Shown one piece after another: positions 10,459-19,391 of a stretch of DNA of 64,000 nt (positions within the stretch are counted from its first letter, which is position 1; every line of letters begins with the position of its first letter). The notes beneath the pieces are model-generated. The model had not been told where the DNA came from. It worked only from the letters and a program-made list of their open reading frames with translations, and ran no database searches. A program made the translations under genes and the position numbers. The stretch covers positions 67,925 to 131,924 of the forward strand of contig JBBRAK010000001.1 of NCBI GenBank assembly GCA_038206875.1, given 5' to 3'. This DNA comes from Candidatus Saccharimonadales bacterium (GTDB taxonomy: Bacteria; Patescibacteriota; Saccharimonadia; Saccharimonadales; JBBQAJ01).

Positions 10459-10985
10459 ATGACAGAACAACCTACGTCGGAACCAGACAAAAAACCTAAA
10501 GTCTCAAAAGGCAAAGCTTTTGGAGCGGGCATAGCTGCAACAGCCTTAGCATTAGCTGCGGGTATTGGGATTCACTATGGCGCTGATAAACCTATCACAA
10601 GTGAGCGCGTCGAATCAGCTGGGGCACCAAGTCCTGATCGAAAACCGGTCGAGACTGCAACACCTGTGGAACCAGCGTTACAAACAGCTGCCGACCAGGC
10701 TACATTACAAGCAGAAGCGGAGAAACAGGCAGCTACAGTTGCAGCTGAACAAGCGGCTGAACAAACCGCAGAAGCAACAGCACAAGCTGGTTTACCAGTT
10801 GAAACTCTCCAGTAGCTAATCACTACACCAGTCCGGCAGGGGGCGATGCACAAGATGGTCCTGCTTCCACATACGTTGCAAGTGAAGATTCACAAACTTA
10901 CAATGAAGTAGACCCAGTAACAGGCGATGTAGTCGGTGGTCCGTTCCCTAATCCAAATGCACCAAAACCGCCCGAAGCACCTTAG
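10459..10985 (+). pseudogene. Single-TM Ala/Pro-rich orphan protein, apparently frameshifted near 10803-10812
   Basis: Frame 0 stops at TAG 10813-10815; the -1 frame is open 10803-10985 with similar composition (PVANHYTSPAGG...PKPPEAP*). Confidence 0.55.
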
Positions 10986-11097
10986 TTATAAGACGAGATT
11001 AGAAAGCACAACCAGCCACTATTAGTTGAAATAGGAGTAGATTACTCATGTATAATGAGCTGGTCTGATTTCTATCATCAATAAATGGGGGGCTTTT

Positions 11098-12330
11098 GTG
11101 CAATTGCCGAAAACTACACACAGTAAACCAAGGCGAAAAAGCCAAATAGTAAAAACACTAGGGTATTCAGTAACTGCTGGTCTGATATTTTTGGGTGGTT
11201 TCGGGATTGGCAATGGCACAATTGTTATCAACAAAGACCAATTGTTGCGCAGGAGTATACAGAAAAATTCGCCAAATAACCTAGACTACAGTTCTGTAGA
11301 AAAAGTTTACGACACTCTTAGAAAAGAATACGACGGACAGCTAGACACAGAAAAATTGCTTGATGGAATCAAATCCGGCTTAGCCTCAGCCGCCGGTGAT
11401 CCATACACTGAGTATCTAAATTCTAAGGCAACTTCTGAGTTTAACGAACAGTTAAACGGTACATTTAGTGGAATTGGTGCCGAGCTCGGAAAAGATGACA
11501 AGGGAAATATAGTTGTCATTGCACCTATTTCTGGATTTCCAGCTGAAAAAGCAGGCCTTAGGCCGAGGGATGTTGTGATTGAAATCAATGGTGAATCTGC
11601 CCAGGGGATATCAATAACGGACGCTGTGAGCAAAATACGAGGTGAAAAGGGCACAACAGTAAAACTCAAAATTGTTCGTAATAAAACAGAGCAAATTGAC
11701 CTAGATATAATCAGAGATACCATAACTATTCCTAGTGTAGAGAGTAAGATTTTGGATGGAAACATTGGATATATGAAGATTTCACGGTTTGGTGACGACA
11801 CCAGTGAGCTTGCCAATAAAGTGGCTAGAGAGTTCAAGGACAAAGGCGTTAAGGGGGTAGTCTTGGACGTTCGAGGCAATCCCGGTGGGCTTTTGGACTC
11901 TTCGGTTTCGGTAAGTAGCTTGTGGCTTGCTCCGGGCAAAACAGTTCTAGATGAAAAACGAGATGGTTTAGTGACGAGAACATTCAAATCTCAAGACACT
12001 CCTGTCCTGGCAGGTATACCGACAGTTGTTTTGATAGACGAAGGTAGTGCAAGTGCAAGTGAGATTACGGCAGGCGCACTGCACGACAACGGTGTGGCAA
12101 AATTATTTGGTGAAAAAAGTTTTGGAAAAGGAAGCGTCCAACAACTTGAACAGCTTGGAGATGGTAGCGTACTAAAAGTAACTATCGCCAAATGGTTTAC
12201 ACCGAATGGCGTAAACATCAACAAAGATGGCATAAAACCTGACACCGAGGTTAAGTATGACGATGCAAAGTTCAAGTCCGGCATAGACAACCAGCTAGAG
12301 TCCGCCAAAGCATCTTTAATGACCAACTAG
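11098..12330 (+). CDS. ctpA: S41 C-terminal processing peptidase (PDZ + S41)
   Basis: DPYTEY, FSGIGA, LDVRGNPGG, SASASEI, GEKSFGKGSVQ. Confidence 0.93.
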   Translation: MQLPKTTHSKPRRKSQIVKTLGYSVTAGLIFLGGFGIGNGTIVINKDQLLRRSIQKNSPNNLDYSSVEKVYDTLRKEYDGQLDTEKLLDGIKSGLASAAGDPYTEYLNSKATSEFNEQLNGTFSGIGAELGKDDKGNIVVIAPISGFPAEKAGLRPRDVVIEINGESAQGISITDAVSKIRGEKGTTVKLKIVRNKTEQIDLDIIRDTITIPSVESKILDGNIGYMKISRFGDDTSELANKVAREFKDKGVKGVVLDVRGNPGGLLDSSVSVSSLWLAPGKTVLDEKRDGLVTRTFKSQDTPVLAGIPTVVLIDEGSASASEITAGALHDNGVAKLFGEKSFGKGSVQQLEQLGDGSVLKVTIAKWFTPNGVNINKDGIKPDTEVKYDDAKFKSGIDNQLESAKASLMTN

Positions 12331-12446
12331 TACGGTAGTTAATATTCCGGTAAGTCTAAGGGGATTTATAGATTTGAATTTGGACTTTACTACTAGGGGT
12401 CTAATCTGTTAGTATCAACAATGTAAATTATAGAGGGAAGTGAGTC

Positions 12447-14054
12447 GTGGCAAAAGGTCAGACTAGATATATATTTGTTACTGGTGGTGTGCTTTCCGGA
12501 CTTGGAAAGGGTATAACAGCCGCTTCGATTGGCAACCTCTTAAAATCTCGTGGATTTAAAGTAAACTTGCAAAAGTGCGATCCGTATTTAAATGTTGATG
12601 CGGGGTTATTGAACCCACGTGAACATGGTGAATGTTTTGTGACTCGTGATGGTGCTGAAACAGACCTGGACTTGGGTCATTATGAACGATTTGTAGATGA
12701 AGAAATGACTGGTGCAAGTAGTCTGATGAGCGGTCGAGTGCTGTTGAAGCTAATCCAAGACGAAAGAGCTGGAAAGTTTGATGGTGATGACGTGCAAATA
12801 GTTCCTCATCTGACGGGGGCAATTCAGGATTGGATTGTAAATGCGGGAGCTAATTACGACGTACACATTGTGGAAATTGGAGGTACGGTTGGTGACTTTG
12901 AGTCAGTGTCTTTTATAGAGGCAATTAGAGAGTTGGGATTAAAAGTTGGGCTGGAAAACTGTACATACGTACACGTTGTATACTTGCCATATTTATTGGC
13001 CAGCAACGAACTAAAAACCAAACCAGCACAAAATTCTGTCAGAGAACTGCGAGGTTTGGGGATTGCTCCAGATATATTGGTGGCACGTAGTCAGTCTTCG
13101 GCTAACAAATCAGTGATAGAAAAATTGAGCTTGTTTAGTGGTGTTCCGGATGATTCAATTGTTTCTTTGCCGGACGCCAATAGTATATACGAAGTGCCAC
13201 TTACGCTGGAAGATTCTGGGATTGCTGATGTGATTGTTGCAAGTTTGGGTCTGAAAGCGAAGAGGCCAGACCTAAAGGATTGGCGCTCGGTGGTTAAAAT
13301 GGCAACAGCAAACCATAAACAAACGGTAAAAATCGGATTCGTGGCTAAATACATGGACAACACAGATACATATATGTCTGTTTTTGAGGCCTTGAAGTCT
13401 GCTGGATGGAATAACGGCGCAAAAATCGATATTAAATGGATTGATGCATCGAAATTTGACCATGAAGGCGCAGATATAGTGTCATCTCTTGAGGTGTTTG
13501 ATGGAGTCGTTGTTCCGGGTGGCTTTGGTGTGAGGGGCCTAGAGGGCAAAATCAAGGCTGCTCAATATGCATTGAAATCTAAGACTCCGTATTTGGGACT
13601 TTGCTTAGGGCTTCAAATGGGAGTTATTGCTGCTGCTAGAAATGCCGGGATTGTAGACGCTACTACATTTGAACTAAACCCAGACGGAAAAGATTTGTTG
13701 ATAACCACCATGGCAGACCAAAAAGGCAAACTAAACACCGGTGGGACTATGCGTCTAGGAAACTATAACTGCGAACTTGAAAAAGAAAGTTTAGTGGCCA
13801 AGATTTACGGGACTACAAAGATTGTGGAACGACATCGACATAGGGGAGAGTGTAACAACAGCTATGTTGACCAATATCAATCATGGGGTATTCGTGCGAC
13901 GGGCGTAAACCCAGAGAACAATTTGGTAGAGATTATTGAGGGAACGGAACATCCGTTTTTCTTGGCAAGTCAATTTCATCCAGAGTTCAAATCTCGTCCT
14001 AACAGACCGCATCCTATGTTTGACGGTTTTGTGCGAGCGATTATTGGCAAGTAA
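12447..14054 (+). CDS. pyrG: CTP synthase
   Basis: TGGVLSGLGKG, DPYLNVD, GLCLGLQ, QFHPEF. Confidence 0.98.
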   Translation: MAKGQTRYIFVTGGVLSGLGKGITAASIGNLLKSRGFKVNLQKCDPYLNVDAGLLNPREHGECFVTRDGAETDLDLGHYERFVDEEMTGASSLMSGRVLLKLIQDERAGKFDGDDVQIVPHLTGAIQDWIVNAGANYDVHIVEIGGTVGDFESVSFIEAIRELGLKVGLENCTYVHVVYLPYLLASNELKTKPAQNSVRELRGLGIAPDILVARSQSSANKSVIEKLSLFSGVPDDSIVSLPDANSIYEVPLTLEDSGIADVIVASLGLKAKRPDLKDWRSVVKMATANHKQTVKIGFVAKYMDNTDTYMSVFEALKSAGWNNGAKIDIKWIDASKFDHEGADIVSSLEVFDGVVVPGGFGVRGLEGKIKAAQYALKSKTPYLGLCLGLQMGVIAAARNAGIVDATTFELNPDGKDLLITTMADQKGKLNTGGTMRLGNYNCELEKESLVAKIYGTTKIVERHRHRGECNNSYVDQYQSWGIRATGVNPENNLVEIIEGTEHPFFLASQFHPEFKSRPNRPHPMFDGFVRAIIGK

Positions 14055-14069
14055 TTATACTGGACATAC

Positions 14070-14217
14070 CCAAACCTCCCCCATCCCCAGGTCAAATAAT
14101 CTCAGCTGGTAGCAGTCTGTCTTCTCTCTATGTACCAACAGGTACCTATCCTGCAGACAAATCACTTCCAACTCGAGCTGATTTGACCTTGGAATGAGCG
14201 ATTTCGCGTAAGTTCAG
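14070..14217 (-). ncRNA. Candidate rod-shaped non-coding RNA (6S-like shape), antisense to flanking genes
   Basis: On the - strand: CUGAACUU/AGGUUUGG, CUCAUUCCAAGGUCAAAU/AUUUGACCUGGGGAUGGG, CAGCU/AGCUG, GUCUG/CAGAC, GUACC/GGUAC; G-U pairs only on the - strand. Confidence 0.5.
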
Positions 14218-14229
14218 TCTCTTTCACCA

Positions 14230-14262
14230 TTGAAAATTGAACAAGGCTAATGTAACATTAGC
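14230..14262 (+). promoter_or_regulatory. Promoter TTGAAA-17-TAACAT embedded in palindrome GCTAATGT-A-ACATTAGC
   Basis: Hexamers 14230-14235 and 14253-14258; ATG 7 nt downstream. Confidence 0.5.
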
Positions 14263-14265
14263 TCC

Positions 14266-14751
14266 ATGGACGAACAAACATCACAACCAGCCCCAGAACC
14301 AGTTGCAGACAATAACTCAGTACCAACAACGGATGAAACACAACAAGCAGATGAATCACAAGCAACGACTACAACAGCTCATCCTAAAAAGATTTTACTA
14401 GTCGAGGATGACGATGCTCTGGCTAGCGTATATCAGGTTCGATTGCAGGCAGAGGGCTTTGACTTACGCCGTGTACCAAACGGTGAAGAAGCTCTAGCGG
14501 CTGCGATTGAATACAAACCTGATCTGATTTTGCTTGACGTCATGATGCCAAAAGTTAGTGGATTTGATGTGCTGGACATACTGCGCAACACCCCACAAAC
14601 GCTAAATGTAAAAGTCATCATGCTGACGGCGCTGAGCCAGGACAGCGACAAAGAACGTGCCATGTCTCTGGGAGTTGATGATTATTTAGTAAAGTCTCAA
14701 GTAGTTATTGCTGACGTAGTAGACAAAATCAAAAACCACCTGGGCGTATAG
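14266..14751 (+). CDS. Stand-alone response regulator receiver with disordered N-terminus
   Basis: ILLVEDD, DLILLDVMMP, LTAL, YLVKS; no output domain. Confidence 0.92.
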   Translation: MDEQTSQPAPEPVADNNSVPTTDETQQADESQATTTTAHPKKILLVEDDDALASVYQVRLQAEGFDLRRVPNGEEALAAAIEYKPDLILLDVMMPKVSGFDVLDILRNTPQTLNVKVIMLTALSQDSDKERAMSLGVDDYLVKSQVVIADVVDKIKNHLGV

Positions 14752-14809
14752 TCCAAAAAACAGTCAAAGCAGCCAAAAACAGCTACTTTACTATATCTGT
14801 AAAATGTAA

Positions 14810-14838
14810 TTGACTATTCAACCCGTTTATGCTATTAT
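14810..14838 (+). promoter_or_regulatory. sigma70 promoter TTGACT-17-TATTAT
   Basis: Hexamers 14810-14815 and 14833-14838, TG extension. Confidence 0.6.
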
Positions 14839-14862
14839 TATCTCTGTTAAGCAAAAACAAAA

Positions 14863-16350
14863 ATGACAGAAATAAAGCTTCAAGCAGAAATCACCGCAAC
14901 AGAGCAACAACAAGCCCTTCCATTGGGTGAAAATTTAGGACATCAACATCTTGATTCAATGAACATGATAAATGGGCTGGCGGAGTCTGGCATCCCGATT
15001 GAAGATAAGGTGGGAGTGGCACAATCTCTTGATGTACTCCGAGATGAATTTGGCATTGATGATGACGTATTTGAACAACCTAAACCTAAGTTAGTGTTGA
15101 CGGCAATTGCCGACAAACTTAATCGAGTGAATAAATCCGAGACAACACACGTAAAAAAAGCAGGTGAACTAGAGTATGTGGCAGATTTGGTAATGCTAGC
15201 TGTCGGCCCACAGACTACTTATGCGGAACAATATATTTCCTCAATGGAAACGTTAGGTGTGTCAGATGAAAAAGCTAAGGCAGTACATGACAAGTTCACG
15301 CAACCTGAAGTGACCAAGGATATGGATAAGTTTTTACGTGGGGAAGCTTTCGATCCGTTGAGAGCACGCCTAGGAATTACTGACGAAATGCCGTATGAAG
15401 TAAAAGTTTTAAGCATAGATTCTGAAGGTGGAGTACAGTCTTATGGCTTGATACCATATGTTGATTTTGGTGAGGAACAGCTATCACATGAAGAATTTAG
15501 TTCTAGAGTTAGCGAAAACAATTTTAGAGGTGAGTATGTGAAAGGCCTCAAAGCAAACGGTAAGGCATTTAATGCTGGTTTGGGACGAGAGGGCACTTTT
15601 GCTCCAGCATGGGTTTCCACGTTTAGTGATGGTTCAGTATTTCTCTGCTTAGCGTTACCAACAGCCGAGAAAGTACTGTACACAGATGAAGAAAGATCGA
15701 GTTATTTTAGCGAAGATGATAGGTTGCGTGATTTAGCTATGGTAGAGCATGAATTTACGCATACTCAGAAGTCACTATTGCTCGACGAACATATTGGGTT
15801 GGGGATTGCATTAGAAGAGCTACGAGCAGAACATTTTTCAGGAAATAAACACGGCTACTTAGAAATAAAAAAGTTATTTAGGGGCATAGGAGTCATGCAT
15901 GACTTTAATGTAGAATCAAACTTTGAAAAGGGAGACAAACCCTATGATGAAGAACGTTTTCTAACAGAAATTTCAATAAACATGGGTTTGGATGGGCTGT
16001 TAGATGTACTGACGGTTATCCCGAGTAACTATGCAACTGATGAAAACGCTTCACCCTATCTTAAGGCTATTGTTGATCATAATGGGGGGTCTTTAAGTGC
16101 TCATTTTCAAAAATTATATCAAAAGGCAAAATTAAAACATGGCTCAGATAAAGTTGAGGCAAGGTTTGATGAGTACGTTGATAAAATCAGGGATACACTG
16201 AAAGACAACGATGGCCTTTCCGTCGAATCCTTTTTACACTATGGTAGTCCAGAGGCATTAGCTAAAATAGGAAGTGAAAATTTTAGACGACGATATCCCG
16301 ACGAATCCGATAATTATGATTATGACAATCATAGAATGTTTGAAAAATAA
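14863..16350 (+). CDS. Acidic orphan protein with HExxH...E zinc-metallopeptidase-like motif
   Basis: 495 aa; MVEHEFTH followed by LEELRAE. Confidence 0.7.
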   Translation: MTEIKLQAEITATEQQQALPLGENLGHQHLDSMNMINGLAESGIPIEDKVGVAQSLDVLRDEFGIDDDVFEQPKPKLVLTAIADKLNRVNKSETTHVKKAGELEYVADLVMLAVGPQTTYAEQYISSMETLGVSDEKAKAVHDKFTQPEVTKDMDKFLRGEAFDPLRARLGITDEMPYEVKVLSIDSEGGVQSYGLIPYVDFGEEQLSHEEFSSRVSENNFRGEYVKGLKANGKAFNAGLGREGTFAPAWVSTFSDGSVFLCLALPTAEKVLYTDEERSSYFSEDDRLRDLAMVEHEFTHTQKSLLLDEHIGLGIALEELRAEHFSGNKHGYLEIKKLFRGIGVMHDFNVESNFEKGDKPYDEERFLTEISINMGLDGLLDVLTVIPSNYATDENASPYLKAIVDHNGGSLSAHFQKLYQKAKLKHGSDKVEARFDEYVDKIRDTLKDNDGLSVESFLHYGSPEALAKIGSENFRRRYPDESDNYDYDNHRMFEK

Positions 16351-16382
16351 CACAAATCTAATTATAAATGAATATTGGGAAG

Positions 16383-16655
16383 CTATTCTACGGTGACTTC
16401 GGTTCGGTAGGTGGTTCGGCCGGTGAAGTGGCGGACTCGACGTTGAGAAAATTTAACTATGCCGTCTTTGGCTGCATGGATGGTAAAGTTTCGAGATAGG
16501 AAAGTACCGTTACCAGCTCTTTTTGTGCTACCTGTTTGACGGATGATAACTTGGCCAGTTTTTACTGCTTGACCACCAAAAAGTTTGACACCAAGTCGTT
16601 GACCAGGTGAGTCATGGTTGTTTTTGCTAGTTCCGCCTGCTTTTACGTGTGACAT
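16383..16655 (-). CDS. rpmA: 50S ribosomal protein bL27
   Basis: MSHVKAGGTSKNNHDSPGQRLGVKLFGG. Confidence 0.97.
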   Translation of the reverse strand: MSHVKAGGTSKNNHDSPGQRLGVKLFGGQAVKTGQVIIRQTGSTKRAGNGTFLSRNFTIHAAKDGIVKFSQRRVRHFTGRTTYRTEVTVE

Positions 16656-16664
16656 TCGATTCTC

Positions 16665-16780
16665 CTTCGCGGCACACTGCCGCGTTAGAACTTCCGCTAC
16701 TCATTCACCGTACCTATAGTACGGCTCACTCCGTTGCTCTGTTCTGCCTTGCATTGCACTCGCGAAAGAGAATCTTTCGC
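16665..16780 (-). repeat. Palindromic MITE/RPE-like element in the rpmA leader
   Basis: TTCGCG...CGCGAA termini, central CCGTAC-N5-GTACGG, TGCAAGGC...AACGCGGCAG motifs, GCGAAAGA/TCTTTCGC hairpin. Confidence 0.5.
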
Positions 16781-16792
16781 AAATATATGCAA

Positions 16793-18028
16793 CTATTTTC
16801 TTGTTAAAACGACTAGCTCACGGGCTACGATTTGCTCTGGTCTGTGATAGATCAGGTTCGCACTGTCCACATGAGTAAATACCGCACGAGTATACCCCAA
16901 TTCTGACAGATTATCAAGGACTTTAAGGTGTGAAAATCCAAATTTTGTTTTCCAGGCGGGGACTGCAATGCACATTCGAAATCCAGGTTTTGTTTGCCGG
17001 GCAATGTTTTGTAGGAACTTTTTATGTATTGTGTCTACGTCAGACATGACTTCGCGGAGGATTTCTGGTTTGGGCAGTGCGGAAAACGGTCTGCCGAGGT
17101 ATGTTTCACATGCTACAAAATCAATTCCTTCCCATGCGTAGTTTGTGGCATCTGCTGTTTTAATTTGAAACTTGCTACCCGTCATACGAAATTTAGAAAC
17201 GAGCCACTGCAGGTTTGTTTGGCTATATTCTGTCATACGGGGCTCTAAATCTGTTCCTAGGGCGTTATAGCCCATCAGTAGAGCTTCTTGGAGTACGACG
17301 CCCGTGCCACAGAATGGATCCAAGATTGTTTGGTCAAGTTGCGGGCGGGGAATCGTGTCTCCAGCAGGAATTTCGCAAATAGAAGTTAATTTTTCTTCTG
17401 GTAGCTTGCCGACAGCTAGATTTATAATTATTTGGGCAAGTTTGGGCGGAAGCATACCGATTTTGGCATCTCGTTTGGGGCGCATTTGGTCGCGCGCGGC
17501 GTACGCTTCTATGTCTTGAATTTTTATGGTCTGGGCTATGTATGTTTGCTGCCCACTACGAATAAAATATAACTCCCATCCTGTAGGTCCTGTCAGGTGG
17601 TTATGTAGTACTTGGGCAGTGTTTAGCTCCAAGGATTTGTTTGGTATTAGACGAACCGAGCGACCAGTCTGACGAATGGCTTTTTTGAGATTTAGGCCAG
17701 TTATTTGCATTTGTTTTAGGGTAACGTTTAGGCCTATTGCGCTTAAGCCTAACTGCATTTTGCCTTCTGGCATGCGACTAGAATGTTCTGGCGAAACTTT
17801 TACTAAGAACTTTTCGATTTCTTTCCAATCGGTAGTGTCCAAAACAGTCAGCAACTTCCCAAATTTTACCGAACCACCAAGCCGATCAAATGCTAATAAG
17901 CAAGGATCAACATCAATTATTGTGGCTTGTGAGCCGATAGGATTAATTACGTCAGCACCGTATAGACTTTCAAGTTCGGCAAGCCCTAACGCAGGCTGTC
18001 TGCCTAGAATTGCAACAGATTGTGTCAT
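16793..18028 (-). CDS. Trm11/UPF0020-like SAM-dependent RNA methyltransferase
   Basis: RDAKIGMLPPKLAQIIINL, ILDPFCGTGVVLQEA, ETYLG. Confidence 0.85.
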   Translation of the reverse strand: MTQSVAILGRQPALGLAELESLYGADVINPIGSQATIIDVDPCLLAFDRLGGSVKFGKLLTVLDTTDWKEIEKFLVKVSPEHSSRMPEGKMQLGLSAIGLNVTLKQMQITGLNLKKAIRQTGRSVRLIPNKSLELNTAQVLHNHLTGPTGWELYFIRSGQQTYIAQTIKIQDIEAYAARDQMRPKRDAKIGMLPPKLAQIIINLAVGKLPEEKLTSICEIPAGDTIPRPQLDQTILDPFCGTGVVLQEALLMGYNALGTDLEPRMTEYSQTNLQWLVSKFRMTGSKFQIKTADATNYAWEGIDFVACETYLGRPFSALPKPEILREVMSDVDTIHKKFLQNIARQTKPGFRMCIAVPAWKTKFGFSHLKVLDNLSELGYTRAVFTHVDSANLIYHRPEQIVARELVVLTRK

Positions 18029-18040
18029 GCATATCAGTAT

Positions 18041-18200
18041 ATAGGACTTTCGTTCATCACCGCAGTAACAGACCACAGATAGCTAGCTACAAACTATCTA
18101 TCTCATCTCAGTGTAGCTACAGCTACCCTTCCATAAGCTAGACAGTTTTCGCTTCAACTATATGCACCCTGTTCTCTACGTAAATGTACGAAAGTCCTAT
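18041..18200 (-). ncRNA. 160-nt rod-like hairpin filling the 5' leader of the methyltransferase gene
   Basis: 17-bp terminal inverted repeat (16/17) ATAGGACTTTCGT-CAT; inner AACAGG/UCUGUU, AAACUGUCUA/UAGAUAGUUU, CUUAU/AUGAG, GUAGC/GCUAC with G-U pairs on the - strand. Confidence 0.55.
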
Positions 18201-18223
18201 GTACCTTGATATAATAAATATCA

Positions 18224-19312
18224 ATGAGTGAAAAGGAGCGGCAAAGACGCTGGAAATTGGCGTTAACAATTGTAACCATTTTGGCATTGGGTCTTCTGGC
18301 ATATGCCGTGCGACAGCAATTAGCTGATACATTGGAAAATCTTGGCAGTGTAAATACTTTTTTAGTGCTTTTGGTAATTCCACTGGAGCTATTAAATCAT
18401 CTGGCGCAAGGAAAACTATACCAGGGGCTTTTCAGAGTTATGGGGGAGCGTTTTCGTACTCGGTCAATGATGCGCCTAAGTCTGGAGTTGAATCTAGTAA
18501 ATAGCGTGTTTCCCAGTGGGGGCGTAAGCGGGTTTTCTTATCTAAGCATCAGATTAAAGAGCGAAAAGATTTCTACCGCCCAAGCTACATTGGTGCAATT
18601 GATGAGATTTATTTTGATATTCGTGGCATTTCAAATATTGCTATTTTTAGGACTGCTTTCGTTAGCAATTGGCGGTCAGGCAAATGATTTGATTCTCCTT
18701 GTGGCGGGTTCATTGGCGACTTTACTATTAATGGGCACTTTTGTTTTGGCGTTTATTGTAGGTAGCAAAACCCGGATTGATAAATTTTTTACTAGCATCA
18801 CAAGATTGTTAAACCGTCTTATACATATATTCAGACGGAAAAATCCAGAAACATTCAACATAGAAATAGCGCGCAATACTTTTCACGAATTGCATGAAAA
18901 CTATATGCATATCAGGCGCAATCTCCAAGTGCTCCGCAAGCCGTTACTGTATGCGCTTTTTGCCAGTATTACCGAAATCGCTGCTATATTTGTGGTATAT
19001 TTGGCGTTTGGTAAAGTAGTGAACCCTGGAGCAATAATTTTGGCTTATGCTGTAGCAAATTTTGCCGGACTTGTATCTATTCTGCCAGGCGGAATTGGAA
19101 TATATGAAGCTCTAATGACTGCTGTTTTGGCGGCTGGTGGTGTTCCGGCTGCTCTTAGTTTGCCGGTAACTATTATGTATCGCGTGGTCAACATGTCGGC
19201 ACAATTGCCACCAGGATATTATTTTTACCACAGGAATTTGCATGCTGACACATCTGCCGAAGAGATAAAAGAATCCATAAAACTAGAACCAAAAACGAAA
19301 TCACAAAAATAA
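18224..19312 (+). CDS. Lysylphosphatidylglycerol synthase TM / UPF0104 flippase-like membrane protein
   Basis: Multi-TM; VFPSGGVSG, ILPGGIGIYEA, TIMYR. Confidence 0.85.
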   Translation: MSEKERQRRWKLALTIVTILALGLLAYAVRQQLADTLENLGSVNTFLVLLVIPLELLNHLAQGKLYQGLFRVMGERFRTRSMMRLSLELNLVNSVFPSGGVSGFSYLSIRLKSEKISTAQATLVQLMRFILIFVAFQILLFLGLLSLAIGGQANDLILLVAGSLATLLLMGTFVLAFIVGSKTRIDKFFTSITRLLNRLIHIFRRKNPETFNIEIARNTFHELHENYMHIRRNLQVLRKPLLYALFASITEIAAIFVVYLAFGKVVNPGAIILAYAVANFAGLVSILPGGIGIYEALMTAVLAAGGVPAALSLPVTIMYRVVNMSAQLPPGYYFYHRNLHADTSAEEIKESIKLEPKTKSQK

Positions 19313-19357
19313 CACTTCAAAAGGTCCGACCTTTTACAGAGGGGGGAAATGTGAATT
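19298..19357. repeat. 60-bp dispersed palindromic repeat, copy 1
   Basis: ACACTTCAAAAGGTCCGACCTTTTACAGAG..GG.AAATGTGA recurs at 51488-51547. Confidence 0.85.
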
Positions 19358-19391
19358 GGCTGAAATGGGGGGAATTGATAGAGTGGATGAC

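Noticed and set aside
11307-11987. Long antisense ORFs such as 226 aa opposite ctpA, and similar shadows throughout
   Set aside because: Fully overlap well-supported genes on the other strand.
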